A stretch of DNA of 64,000 nucleotides from assembly GCA_038087875.1 (NCBI GenBank), contig CM075978.1, positions 120,218,001-120,282,000 on the forward strand, in the 5' to 3' direction. The position numbers and the translations under genes are program-made. The stretch is from Malacoraja senta. Its lineage: Eukaryota. The notes beneath the pieces were generated by a model. It was not told the DNA's origin. It worked only from the letters and a program-made list of their open reading frames with translations, and ran no database searches. Below are positions 36,984-49,865 of this stretch, one piece after another. Positions within the stretch are counted from its first letter, which is position 1, and each line of letters opens with the position of its first letter.

Positions 36984-38777
36984 CTGAGAAATAAAACAAA
37001 CAACCCTGAGATGGGAATGTACAACACACACATCAGGCAGAACGAGCAAGACCTTCCACCCTCCAACGAGGTGTTAGATATCGGTGGAATAAGCAATGTC
37101 ACCCGAGTGAAATGCTGCTGTTCCTTTTACTGATTTACTTTATACTGATAATAAAGTATTCCATTCCATTTACTGCTTGTATTTTCAAGATTCATCTTTA
37201 TGGGGAATAGGGCTTCCTCTCTCAGTTTGCAGCAGCATGAGGATAAAAGATAAACAAAGCAAAAAAAAAGGAATCAAGGCCAAGGAAAAATACATTAGAC
37301 TTTAGAGATACAGCGCGGAAACAGGCCCTTCAGCCCACTGAGTCCGCGCTGAAGCCAATCAACCTACAAACCTGCACGTCTTTGGAGTGTGGGAAGAAAC
37401 TGAAGCAGCCGGAGAAAACCCAGACGGTCACATGGAGAACATACAAACACCATGCAGACAGCACCCTTAGTCAGGATCGAACCCGGGTCTCTGCGCTGTA
37501 ACTCTGTGCCACAATCTCCTATCCGATTATCCAGCAACCATGATAATTTGGTATCTGGCTCTTCACGGACCCATTCCGATATTCTTTTGGGCCCTGGTGA
37601 GTTTGAAAGGGCTTGGGAATTTATGTTTTTCAACTCAAGCCCATTTCCAGATCTGCCTTTAAACTCACCAGGTTCACGGCAACATTTATTATAGTTTAGT
37701 TCATGGAACAGGCCCTTCGGCCTATCGAGTTCATGCCGATCACCCGTTTTATGTTATCCCAATTTCTCATCCACTCCCTATACACTGGTGGCACATTAGA
37801 GAGAAATTAACCTACAACTCCAAACGTCTTTGGGATTTGGGAGGAAACCGGAGCACCCAAAGGAAGTTTAAGTTAGTTTAGTTTATTGTCACGTGTACCA
37901 AAGTACAGTGAAAAGCTTTTGTTGCGTGCTATCCAGTCAGCAGAAATACATGATTACAATCGAGCCATTTACAGTGTACAGTTACATGATAAGGGAATAA
38001 CCTTTAATGCAAGATAAAGCCAGGAAACCCACGTGGTCACAGGGAGAACGTACAAACTCAACGCAGACAACACCCGAGGTCTCAGGCACCGTGAGACAGT
38101 GGCTTTACCAGCTGTGCCACCCTCGTACTGCGATGATATGCCTTAAAAAAAAGAGCAATTTAATAATAGGTTAGGGTATAAATAGGTGTAACACCCAATG
38201 GTTTGGGAAATCTGTCAGATCACCAGCCAAGTCCCTGGGGTGCCAGACTGCCACTAAATGTAAATGACCAGCGCTCTGTAACCATCACTAAGCGTTTTGC
38301 AACAAAAGTTCATAAATGGGGGATCCTATAGTAATATAAATTGATTTACTTTAAAAGATGTTGCAAAGAATACATGCTTTGATTGGGGCGGCACAGTGGC
38401 ACAGCAGTCAATCTGCTGCCTTACAGCACCAGAGATCCTTGTTCAATCCTGACCTCGGGTGCTGTCTGTACCAAGTTTATATGTTCTCCTTGTGAGGTTT
38501 CTCCGGGAGGTCCAGTTTCTTCCCACACTCCAAAGATTTGTGAGTTTGTAGGTTAATTGGCTTCAGTAGAAATATTGTAAATTGTCTATTGTGTAGGATG
38601 GTGCTAATTTACAGATCACTGGTCAGCGCGGACTCGGTGGGCCGAAGGCTGTGTTCCCATGTATCTCTAAAGTTTTCATGAAAGCACAGAAAGAAACTGA
38701 ATCCAAAAATTTGTAAATGGTTTATATCAAAGTCTTGAAATGTCACGGCGAGCATGATAACAGAAAAAACGCAATAC

Positions 38778-38858
38778 CTTTAGACTGACTTAACAGAGAC
38801 CGGAGCTCCCAACTTCTCCGCACATTAACACCTGCATCCCCTTTAGGGTACGTGGGCT
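38778..38858 (-). CDS. MAP3K4: MAP3K4 exon 8/16, 81 nt
   Basis: atccag|EPTYPKGDAGVNVRRSWELRSLLSQSK|gtattg; phase 1-1. Confidence 0.93.
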
Positions 38859-40519
38859 CTGGATAGGAAGAATAGTTTCAAAACAATTAGTTGCACAAAT
38901 GCAAAGGATGGGTGGCAAAGCATTAGCAATTTTAGACAAACTAAAAGTATGTTTTTATCAGTTGTTCGGCTTTTAGATGACACCATGTTGTGGAGAGACT
39001 CTCGTGTTCATGGCACTCCTACACCATGGTGTACCCCTGTATTACTGTCATTCCCGTAAAGGAAATCACAAACCACTACCAAAAAATCTGAGTTAGACAA
39101 ACTCAGTAACTAGAGTAACTCAGCAGCTCAAGGCAGCATTTCCAGAGAAAAAGGAAGGGTGACGTTTCAGACCCGAAACATCACCCAAGCCTTTTAAACT
39201 CACCAGGGCTCAAATCTCCAGAGACGCTGCCTGACCTACTGAGTTACTCCAACACTTTGTGTCTATCTTCGGTAGAAACAAGCATGTGCAGTTCCTTTCT
39301 ACACACCAAAAATCTGAGGTATACTATAAAATTTCCCTCTTGCAGAATGTTTGTGTTAATTTTTATTTTATTTTAGGCTCACATTTCTTGGTGTATGAAC
39401 AGATAATGTGGATTTGCATCATGGAAAATTAGATACCTTGGAGAATTAGGTTTTAGAACCTAAGACAGTACAGTACAAGAATAGATCTTTTGGCCCACAG
39501 TGTCTGTGCTGAACATGATACCAAGACCAATTCTTATCTGCCTGCACATAATCCATATCCACGTGTTAAGCAAAAAGTCTCTTAAACACCAATCGTGTCA
39601 GCTTCCACCACCACCGGCAGCACATTGCAGGCATTCACCACCCTCTGCATAAAAACTTGCTCCGCACATCTCCTTTAAACGCTTTTTCAGAATGTAAACT
39701 CTACCCTTCCCCCCACCCCCTTCAATAACACGGGGGCTTTTAATTCCTCCAGATTCAGGAACAGTTTCTTCCCAACTGTTATCAGGCAACTGAACCATCG
39801 TACCAACAACTAGAGAGTTATCCTGAGCTGCTTTCTATCTCATTATAAACCCTCAGACTATCTTTGATCGGACTTTACTGGCTTTTCTCTTGCACTAAAC
39901 TTTATTCACGTTATATCCCTTTATCATGTATCTGTACACTGTGGATGACTTGTTTGTAATTATGTATTGTTCTTCGGTTGACTAGTTAGCACACCACAAA
40001 ACTTTTCACTATAACTCGGTACATGTGACAATAAACTAAACTCAATTCAGGGACAGGAGAAAGCTGAGAGAATTGGTGAGGAAGTCATCAGCAGCATAAT
40101 GTTGTTTTTGGTTCAGACTGGAAGTGTAGAATGTAGAATGGAAACTGGAGGGAGCCCCCAGGGTGGTAACGTGAGTAACATAGCAATTGCACACAATTCT
40201 CAGCTACAAGGGGAGAGATGTAAGCGGAACAAGATACAGACGGTGACACACAGTTGGGCAATCAAGGGGAGGGACTGAGGAGATTGATGCAGTCAGCACT
40301 GTCAAGGGCTGTGGGCAGGTCACAAAGATTGGGAGATATTGTTACCATAGACACGTTGTGCTTTGTAATCTCCCACAAGGACAGGAGCCTTGGGCAAGGC
40401 TTCAACATGAGGTTGGTGGAAAGATGGCCACGATTTTCGAGGAAACGGTAAGACAAGATGACAAATAGGACAGCAAAGGTTACGTGGGGTTCTTTTCAGC
40501 AAGGGGATGACAATGTGGG

Positions 40520-40975
40520 GAAGGGTCCAGAGGTTTACGAGAATGATCCCAAGATTGATTGGGTTAACTTATGATGGGCGTTTGACAGCACTGGGCCTGC
40601 ACTTGCTGGAGTTCACCGAATAGTGAAAGGCCTGGATAGAGTGGATGTGGAGAGGATTCCACTAGTGGGTAGGTCTAGGAACAGGCCATAGCCTCAGAAC
40701 AAAAGGACGTACCTTTAGAAAGGAGATGAGGAGGAACTTCTTTAGTCAGAGGGTGATGAATCTGTGGAATTCATTGACACAGACGGCTGTGGAGGTCAAA
40801 TCAATGGGTATTTTTAAGGTGCAGATTCTTGATTAGTAAGGGTGTTTGGGGGTTATGGGGAGAAGGCAGGAGAATGGGGTTGAGAGGGAAAGATAGATCA
40901 GCCATAATTGAATGGCAGAGCTGGCTTGATGGGCCAAATTGCCTAAATGTGCTCCTATAATTTATGAATTTATAA
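40520..40975 (+). mobile_element. CR1 LINE 3' fragment
   Basis: gtccagaggtttacgagaatg...aggaacttctttagtcagagggtg..gaatctgtggaattca, followed by a 3' UTR tail. Confidence 0.8.
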
Positions 40976-41383
40976 AGTTTAGCTGGCTTGAGACAAGAGC
41001 AGTGCAGAAACATCTGACTGGTCAGGCAGCAATTGTGGAGGGAGAAATAGGGTTAACGTTTCAGGTCGATGACTTTCTCACTGTTTCTCTCTCTACAGAG
41101 GTAGATACAGATCAGGTATCTCCAGAATTCTCTCCTTTGATTTAACATTCCCAGTAATCCCTTGTCTTTTTGCTTTTCAACGAGCTAGGAAGAGAAGCTG
41201 GGTGGCTTGATGTTTGGGAAATTCTAGTTCAAAGGAGGTCATCTTACAGGAGGTCATCTTATGGATGAGCTCAAGAAAGCAGGGGAAAGGAGGGGGGTTG
41301 GGTGAGGAGAAACAAGGATAAGAGAGGAGAAAAAGCTTGAGAAAGTGTGAAGTTCATCCTAATCTTGAACCATTGCCTTAAAG

Positions 41384-44300
41384 CAGGGGTCTGCAAACTA
41401 AGTTTCCTTTTCTGGCCATCGCCACCCTGTGTCGGGGGGGGGGGGGGGGGTAGGGGTCGGCGGCGGCGAGCGTCCTGGAGCCGGGGGAAGGAGAGGGAAA
41501 GGCCGAGGGTACCTCGCACGGCATCGATATCAGATATAGAGATAGAGAGACAGACAGACACAGACAGAGAGAGAGGCAGAATCACANNNNNNNNNNNNNN
41601 NNNNNNNNNNNNNNNNNNNNNNNNNNNNNNNNNNNNNNNNNNNNNNNNNNNNNNNNNNNNNNNNNNNNNNNNNNNNNNNNNNNNNNNNNNNNNNNNNNNN
41701 NNNNNNNNNNNNNNNNNNNNNNNNNNNNNNNNNNNNNNNNNNNNNNNNNNNNNNNNNNNNNNNNNNNNNNNNNNNNNNGTGACAGAGAGACGGACAGAGA
41801 GAGAGAGAGAGAGAGACAGAGAAAGACAGAGAGAGAGAAAGACAGAGAGAGCGAGAGACAGAAAGAGACAGAGAAAGACAGACAGAGAGAGGCACAGAGA
41901 GTGNNNNNNNNNNNNNNNNNNNNNNNNNNNNNNNNNNNNNNNNNNNNNNNNNNNNNNNNNNNNNNNNNNNNNNNNNNNNNNNNNNNNNNNNNNNNNNNNN
42001 NNNNNNNNNNNNNNNNNNNNNNNNNNNNNNNNNNNNNNNNNNNNNNNNNNNNNNNNNNNNNNNNNNNNNNNNNNNNNNNNNNNNNNNNNNNNNNNNNNNN
42101 NNNNNNNNNNNNNNNNNNNNNNNNNNNNNNNNNNNNNNNNNNNNNNNNNNNNNNNNNNNNNNNNNNNNNNNNNNNNNNNNNNNNNNNNNNNNNNNNNNNN
42201 NNNNNNNNNNNNCCACTTGGGCGACATTTTCGGCGTCAGCCTGAAAAGAGTTTGTCGCGTCGTGGACGGGTCGTGACGCGCTGGTGACGCGCGATGTCTC
42301 CCAGTCGCCCCCGGCTTTTGGAATGTTCAAAATCCAGGGGCGACATCTGGGTGTCTCATCATGTCATGCGCCCTGTCACACGCTGACGTATGCTGTCCTG
42401 CGGGTGACGCCCGGTTAAGGTTAGGGACCACAGATGGGCTGTAAAACATTCTTCCTTCAATGCATGGATTTTAAACATTAATATGTTAAAATTAGTATAA
42501 TAAAATTAATTGTGCAAATGAAAAGATGTCTGAGTTGTTCAGCTTTATTTACAGATGTATTGGTCCGCTTCCAGATCCAACCATCGTCTGTAACTTTTCA
42601 CAGGGGTGGGATTCAGTGAGTGTAGACTGAACTCCCCTCTCCCCTCCACCCCCCTCTTCCCCCCCGCCCCCATCCTTCTCCCCTCCCCTCTCACCCTTCT
42701 TCCCTTCCCCCCTCTTCACTCTTCTCCCCCTTCTCCACTCCCCCCCTCCCCTCACATCCCCTTCTCCCTCACTCCCTCCCTTCTCCAACCCCCCCCCCCC
42801 CCCGACGCCCCCCATTTGTGGACCCAGCCTGTGACAGCTAGATCCCACTAATAGTACTGCATAAAGGCCACATCATCTGTTTTAGTAACATTGACTATGG
42901 GATAAATGCAGACTTTGGGAACAACACCCCCCCCCCCCCGCCTCCTCCTCCCCCCCCCCCCCCTTGTTTCAAAATGGGTGGTGGGTATTTAGACTCAGTG
43001 GCCGGAGCAGGTGGGTGGCCGGAGCAGGTGGGTGGCCCTGGTACATTGACAACATTGCCTGTACCCAGTTGAAAAGCCCGCTGCCTCTGGGGGTTTGGAG
43101 AGACCATTGGAAGAGAGATCTGCCTCTGGGACAACTCGTGGCCAACAGTTTATTTCCCATGAGGAAGAACATTGGGGGTTCGAGTCCAACCCCTGGGGCC
43201 CCTGTATCACATTTAGTTCAGAGATACAGTGCCCTTCGGCCCACCGAGTCCGCACCAACCCGCGATCCCCCGCACACTATCCCACACACGCTAGGGACAA
43301 CTTATACTTATACCAAGCCTATCAACCTAGGGTTAGGGTTAGGGTTTCCTCCCGCACTCCAAAGGCGCACAGGTTTGTATAAATTGTCCCTAGCGTGTGT
43401 GGGATAGTGTGCGGGGGATCGCTGGTCACAGGCTGGGTCCACAAATGGGGGGCGTTGGGGAAAGTGGGGGGGGTTGGAGAATGGGAGAAGGGAGGGAGAG
43501 TGGGAGAAGGGGATGTGAGGGGAGGGGGGGCGAGTGGAGAAGTGGGAGAAGAGTGGAGCAGGACGAAGGGAGGAAGAGGGGGGAAGGGAAGAAGGGGGGT
43601 AGAGGGGGTGGAGGAGGGATGGGGCGGGGGGGAAGAGGGGGGTGGAGGGGAGAGGGGAGTTCAGTCTACACTCACTGAATCCATCCCTGTGAAAAGTTGG
43701 AGACGGTGATTGGATCTGGAAGCGGACCAATACATCTGTAAATAAAACTGAACGACTCAAACATCTTTTCATTTGCACAATTGATTTTATTGTATTAATT
43801 TTAATATATTAAAGTTTTAAATCCATGCATTGAAGGAAGAATATTTTACAGCCCATCTGTGGTCCCTAACCCTAGCCCTAACCCTAATCGTAACCCAAAC
43901 CCTAGCCCTAACCCTGACCCTAACACTAACCGGGCGTCACCCGCAGAACAGCATATGTCAGCGTGTATGTCGTACAACTTGNNNNNNNNNNNNNNNNNNN
44001 NNNNNNNNNNNNNNNNNNNNNNNNNNNNNNNNNNNNNNNNNNNNNNNNNNNNNNNNNNNNNNNNNNNNNNNNNNNNNNNNNNNNNNNNNNNNNNNNNNNN
44101 NNNNNNNNNNNNNNNNNNNNNNNNNNNNNNNNNNNNNNNNNNNNNNNNNNNNNNNNNNNNNNNNNNNNNNNNNNNNNNNNNNNNNNNNNNNNNNNNNNNN
44201 NNNNNNNNNNNNNNNNNNNNNNNNNNNNNNNNNNNNNNNNNNNNNNNNNNNNNNNNNNNNNNNNNNNNNNNNNNNNNNNNNNNNNNNNNNNNNNNNNNNN

Positions 44301-44844
44301 NNNNNNNNNNNNNNNNNNNNNNNNNNNNNNNNNNNNNNNNNNNNNNNNNNNNNNNNNNNNNNNNNNNNNNNNNNNNNNNNNNNNNNNNNNNNNNNNNNNN
44401 NNNNNNNNNNNNNNNNNNNNNNNNNNNNNNNNNNNNNNNNNNNNNNNNNNNNNNNNNNNNNNNNNNNNNNNNNNNNNNNNNNNNNNNNNNNNNNNNNNNN
44501 NNNNNNNNNNNNNNNNNNNNNNNNNNNNNNNNNNNNNNNNNNNNNNNNNNNNNNNNNNNANNNNNNNNNNNNNNNNNNNNNNNNNNNNNNNNNNNNNNNN
44601 NNNNNNNNNNNNNNNNNNNNNNNNNNNNNNNNNNNNNNNNNNNNNNNNNNNNNNNNNNNNNNNNNNNNNNNNNNNNNNNNNNNNNNNNNNNNNNNNNNNN
44701 NNNNNNNNNNNNNNNNNNNNNNNNNNNNNNNNNNNNNNNNNNNNNNNNNNNNNNNACTGACATTTCTTTATTTTTTCCTATGGCCTGCAAAAATGTGCCA
44801 AATATATAATGTGGCCCTCATACTGAAAAGATTGGAGGCTCCTG
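41384..44844. mobile_element. Non-autonomous hAT (Charlie/Buster-like) element spanning three assembly gaps
   Basis: Imperfect TIRs caggggtctgcaaact / agattggaggctcctg (12/16). 8-bp TSD ccttaaag (41376-41383) and ccttagag (44845-44852). Confidence 0.7.
42378..43966. repeat. Long imperfect inverted repeat (arms 42378-42835 and 43425-43966) with telomere-like hexamers
   Basis: Arms are reverse-complementary along their length; (CCCTAA)-variant run at ~43864-43930 and TTAGGG units at ~42414-42425 and ~43329-43345. Confidence 0.9.
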
Positions 44845-44876
44845 CCTTAGAGAGTGGACTGCTGCAGCTACCTCAC

Positions 44877-44977
44877 CTTCACGGTCTTCCGTGGGACTGG
44901 AATGTCGGCTCAGTGACTTGAACTGAAGCTCAGCTGCTATAGACGCCAGGCGGTCATTTTCAGGGACACTTGAACCT
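44877..44977 (-). CDS. MAP3K4: MAP3K4 exon 7/16, 101 nt
   Basis: aagcag|GSSVPENDRLASIAAELQFKSLSRHSSPTEDRE|gtgagg; phase 2-1. Confidence 0.95.
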
Positions 44978-46304
44978 CTGCTTTCGAAAAAACAATATTC
45001 ACATTAGTAATCAACATATTTCACCGTGTCGGCATTATGATACATATGAAACCGTTGCTGGCAATATTCTTTGTGGCATATCATGTGAACACCTTTGATT
45101 TATTATGCTTAAAGACATTGTGCGTTTAAAAGTTCTTATCCTCTAGAGGGAGATAGCTCAGACATCGTACTGCCAATAACTAAGGAACCGCTCACTGGAA
45201 GGTGCAATGTCAACCTCTGCAGATACAGTCTGAAGAAGTGATCCGACCCAAAATGTCACCCATCCTTTTTCTCCAGAGATGCTGCCTGACTCGCTGAGTT
45301 ATCCCAGCACTTTTTGTCCATCTACAGATAAAAGGTGTTATCACAGGCACTGTCACAGCAGGCAAACCAAGGATACGACATATTCAGATCCCATTGACTA
45401 ACTGCTTGAGTGCTTGCAAGCTGCTTGTGGACAAAGCACCACAAATATTTCATCTTCTGAACAACTACCTTAATTTCCCATGAAAATCACTAACTTATTA
45501 AATGCTGTATTCTTATCTCAATACACTTGGCATTTTGTAATGCATGTAACTATTTTTTGGCTGAATCTGCAAAATGTATTTGGGGCCAAACCCTAGAATT
45601 TGGGGCCAAACCCTAGGGAAACTGTATTCAATTGCACCATCACTTGTCTGTAAAGCTTTTGCAAATCATTTTTCTTCCAATTATGCAACTTTTGGGCTTA
45701 CATCACACAGAACATAGAACAGTATAGCACAAGAATAGGCTCTTCGGCCAACAAATCCTGTGGCAAACAAGATGCCGAATTAAACTAATCCCCGATGCCT
45801 GCATGTGATCCACATCCCTTCATTCAGAGCATATCCATGTGCCTATCTAAACGCCTTTTAAGCGTCACTATTGTATCTGCCTTCACCATCACCCCAGGCA
45901 ATACGTTCCAGGCACCCACCACAATCTGTGTAAAAAAATAACTTGCCCCACACATCTCCTTTACAAGATCATCAGTCTGAAGACGGGTTCTGCCCTGAAA
46001 CTTTCCTCCAGATGTGATGTCTGACCCTCTGAGTTACTCCAGCATTTTGTGTCTATCTTCAGTATAAACCAGCACCTGCAGTTCCTTCCTATCACTTGCC
46101 AGGCTTTATCCTCTCTCTGTGTTTTCTCCCACTCCCCCACTACAATCAGCGTGAAGGTTCCCGACCCAAAACGTCACCTGTCGATGTTCTACATACAGGC
46201 TGCCTGACCCGCTGAGGTACTCCACCACTTTGTGTTTTTGCTAAACATTTCTCCCAACTGGTACACTAAGATGACGACATTAGTTCATTCCAACCTGACA
46301 TTAC

Positions 46305-46424
46305 CTTATTTCATTTGCTGAGGCGACAGGTTTGGTGTGATTCAGGTCACCACCAACTGCTGGGGTCAAGCGAACGACACTGGCTAAACACAAGTTCCGT
46401 ACTTCAGATCCAAGGCTCCTTGGA
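46305..46424 (-). CDS. MAP3K4: MAP3K4 exon 6/16, 120 nt, divergent symmetric exon
   Basis: ttgcag|SPRSLGSEVRNLCLASVVRLTPAVGGDLNHTKPVASANEIR|gtaatg; phase 2-2, open and frame-preserving, weakly similar to the mammalian STRS...GGDS..PK..SAHDTR segment. Confidence 0.82.
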
Positions 46425-48586
46425 CTGCAATAAGGAGAGACACAGAGAGCAAGTCAAAAACATACAAATGTAGCTGAGACGGAGACTTTACAAACTACAG
46501 GCAGTGGGATCTTGAGGAAAACACACAGAGCTGGAGGAACTCAGGCAGCATCTGTGGAGGAAATTGATAGGCAACGTTTCGGGTCAGGAACATATTTCTG
46601 AAGAAAATTTCTGACCGAAAACGTTGTCTGTCAATTCCCCTTCACAAATGCGGCATGGCCTGCCTAGTTCCTCCAGCACTGGGTTTTGCTCAAATGTAGC
46701 CAACATTTAACACAAGTAGTTTGTGGAATGGAAAGATACAAACTGCTGGAGTAACTCAGCGGGTCAGGCAGCATCTCTGGAGAACATGGATAGGTGACGT
46801 TCGAATAGGAAACCTTCTTCAAACCAGACCTGACCCCGACTTCAGAACAGAACTGCCAGACCTAAAGAAGGATCCCGACCCAAAACATCACCTATCCATG
46901 TTCTCCAGAGATGTTGCCTGACCCTACTCCAGCACTTTGTGTCTTTCCTTGGTAAACCAGCATCTGCAAATCCTCATTTCTAGTTTGTAGAATGTTTCTT
47001 TTGCTTACTTATTCACATATAATAATAATAATAATAATACATTTTATTTATGGGTGCCTTTCAAAAATCTCAAGGACACCTTACAAAGTTTAACAAATAG
47101 TAGAAACATGTAAGCAGAATGAAATAAATAGTAAAGACAATAGTAAATAGTCAGGAGGAAGCGTCAACTGGGGGTGTTTTAGTAAACTGACCACATCCTT
47201 TTCTTTGCACCAAATATTCCACAACCACATTAACTATTAGCAACCCAAAGTTGTCTTACACTATGATTAATGGGTAGCACAAGAGATGGAGCAACTGCCT
47301 CACTGCTGCAGTGATCCTGACCGTGGCTCCTGATTGATATGGGATTTTATGCTCTCCCTTGGGTTTCCTCAAGATACTTTAGTTTGCCCCAATGTCGAGG
47401 ACGTGCTGGTTGGTAGGTTAACCGGCAGCTGTGAATGGCCCCTTCTATGGGATGGATGTTCAGAGAATCCGGGGGAATTGTTGGACATCTGCAAGAGGAA
47501 GCTGCAGGGGAATAGTGTGGGATAGGTTGCTCTAAGACCGAGCATAGAGTTGATGGGCCAAACGGCCCAATCCTATGCCGTAAGGGAAAATGAAATATAA
47601 CAGGGTCAAACCACGATAGAAAGACACAAAGTGTTGGAGTAACTCAGCAGGCAGGCAATATCTCTGCAGAACATGGATTGATGAAGTTTCTGGTCAGGCC
47701 CATCTTTAGAATGATTAGTAATGTTGCCTGACTCGCTGAGGTACTCCAGCAATCTGTCTGTTTTTGTAAACCAACAGCTGCACTTCCTAGTTTCTACACT
47801 CAAACAACAACAGATTATGCACTGATACCCAAACTCATGCGATCCCAGAGAGTACTGATTGGTTACAGCGCTCCTGATCCAGAGTCCAAACACGGACCTA
47901 ATATACAACATAGTGTCTGCTGTCGGGAACCTACTACGAGTCACAAGTCATAGGAGCAGCAGTAGGCCATTCGGCCCATCGAGTCTACTATGCCATTCGA
48001 TCATGGCTGATCTACTTTTCCCCAACCCCATTCTTTTACCTTCTCCCCATAACCACTGACACCCTTACTAATCAAAAAATCCTTCACTCTGCCAGCGCTC
48101 CTGCAACATGTGACAGTCACATCTTTGCCACGGTTCACCCATGGTTGCTGAGAGCAGACCTGGGCTGGCTGGTGGTGCCGGGGCTTAGCACCGAGGGTGG
48201 GGGTGGTCAGGCTGACTGGCATGGGAGTGAGGCTCATTGCTGGGTTCCGTGTGGTAACACACACTGCCCAGAGCCCACAGCCTCTCTCATCACCCACCAT
48301 CTGTTGCTTGTGATGGAAGCTGCCGACTATCCCTCCATTGTGAGAAACAGTTGGGTCAGAGAGCCCGAGTAAACAACCACTGTCAGCTAGTTTGAAGGAG
48401 GCAAGTACATTTTTGGCTATTTATTTAGTCTATATACACGTCTACTCTCCACAGGTTAAGACCAACGAGAAGACGAGCTGCTCTCGCAACTGTTCAACAA
48501 ACAGCTTATGTGAACATTTAAAGTGTGCAAAGTCAGAAAAAGTTTCAAGTTCAGACAATGTGGAGAGATTAGGTGGAAAACGTCAC

Positions 48587-48683
48587 CTAAATCCTTCAGA
48601 TGTGGGGATGATGAGATGTGGATTTGGTGGGTCACTGTGACATCGCGGTACTTTGATAGGACGAGGGCTATTTCGATGAATCC
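48587..48683 (-). CDS. MAP3K4: MAP3K4 exon 5/16, 97 nt
   Basis: ttgcag|GIHRNSPRPIKVPRCHSDPPNPHLIIPTSEGF|gtgacg; phase 1-2. Confidence 0.95.
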
Positions 48684-49865
48684 CTGCAAATATACATAAT
48701 AAGTGAATGCAATACAGTTACTGGGTTTAATCTGTAATATCACAATAATAATTTCCTGTGCACAGAAATCAATTAATATTCCATTAAAGAAAGTCAGCAA
48801 CAGGTTTTGATGATTGGAAGTTCACAGCCCAGGTGCACGTTGGAAGTAGATTAAACAGTAGTTTCTGAAATTGAACTGGATATATATTTCAGCAGGTTAA
48901 AAATTATAGGGTTATGGAGAAAATGTAGAATTTCTCATTGCCAACAACACAAAGCAAACTGAACCATGGCAAGAGGTTTAAAATTAATGTTATAATTTTA
49001 TAAATAACTTATTGAAAGGACTGGCTCAATGCTAAATTGAATTGGCTTAATTAAAATGTATTTGGACAGGTACATGGATAGGAGAGGTTTAGAGAGATAT
49101 GAGCCAAAAGCTGGAAAATGGGACTTGTTTAGACGAGGCATCTTGATTGGCATGGACTAGTAGGGCTGAAGGGTCTGTTTCAGTACTGTATGATTCTAAT
49201 TCCAGTATTAATTTTATAGCAACTGGAAGTTAACAAACAACTTCTGCTGTGGATCTGAAATAAAACAAGTAATGCTCATAATACTCAGCCAGTCAGGCAG
49301 CATCTGTGGAGAGAAACAAGGTGAATTCAAGGCAATTTCTGATAACAAGTTAATCGTTTGTGATATTTGTTCCGTTTTTTCTCTCTCCAATAGTATGTCC
49401 CACGACTAGCCACCATTTGCCCATCGTCTATAATGGTCTCACCTATCTCAGATAGTCCTTCACCTTTTCTATCCCCACCCTCATCTCTATAATTTAAAGC
49501 TAACTTTCCGAGTTCTGATTAAGGCTCTTAGACTTCAAACAGTATCTCTTTTTGCACAGATTTCTGCCCAAACTCCTTAACGTTTCCTGCATTTTCTCCT
49601 TCTATTATTAACTTTCTTTCTTTTTAAGATATCACCTATTATTATAAAGAAAAGCAATAAGCATTACCAAGTTTTCAGTTCAAATAATAAGAATGATTAC
49701 ACACTAAAATTGTTTACTTAAAAAGCAAGGTTAATAGCTTGATTCCGATAGATATATTACCAAAGCTGCAAATTTCAAATAACAGCAGGACATCTGAAGA
49801 GATAGCAACCTTGCTGGCACAACACCAGGGGTACAATGATTAGTTATGCCGTTTAGTTTAGTTAA

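Noticed and set aside
38385-38470. tRNA-like sequence
   Set aside because: It is a SINE head followed by the V-core and lacks a full cloverleaf; not a tRNA gene.
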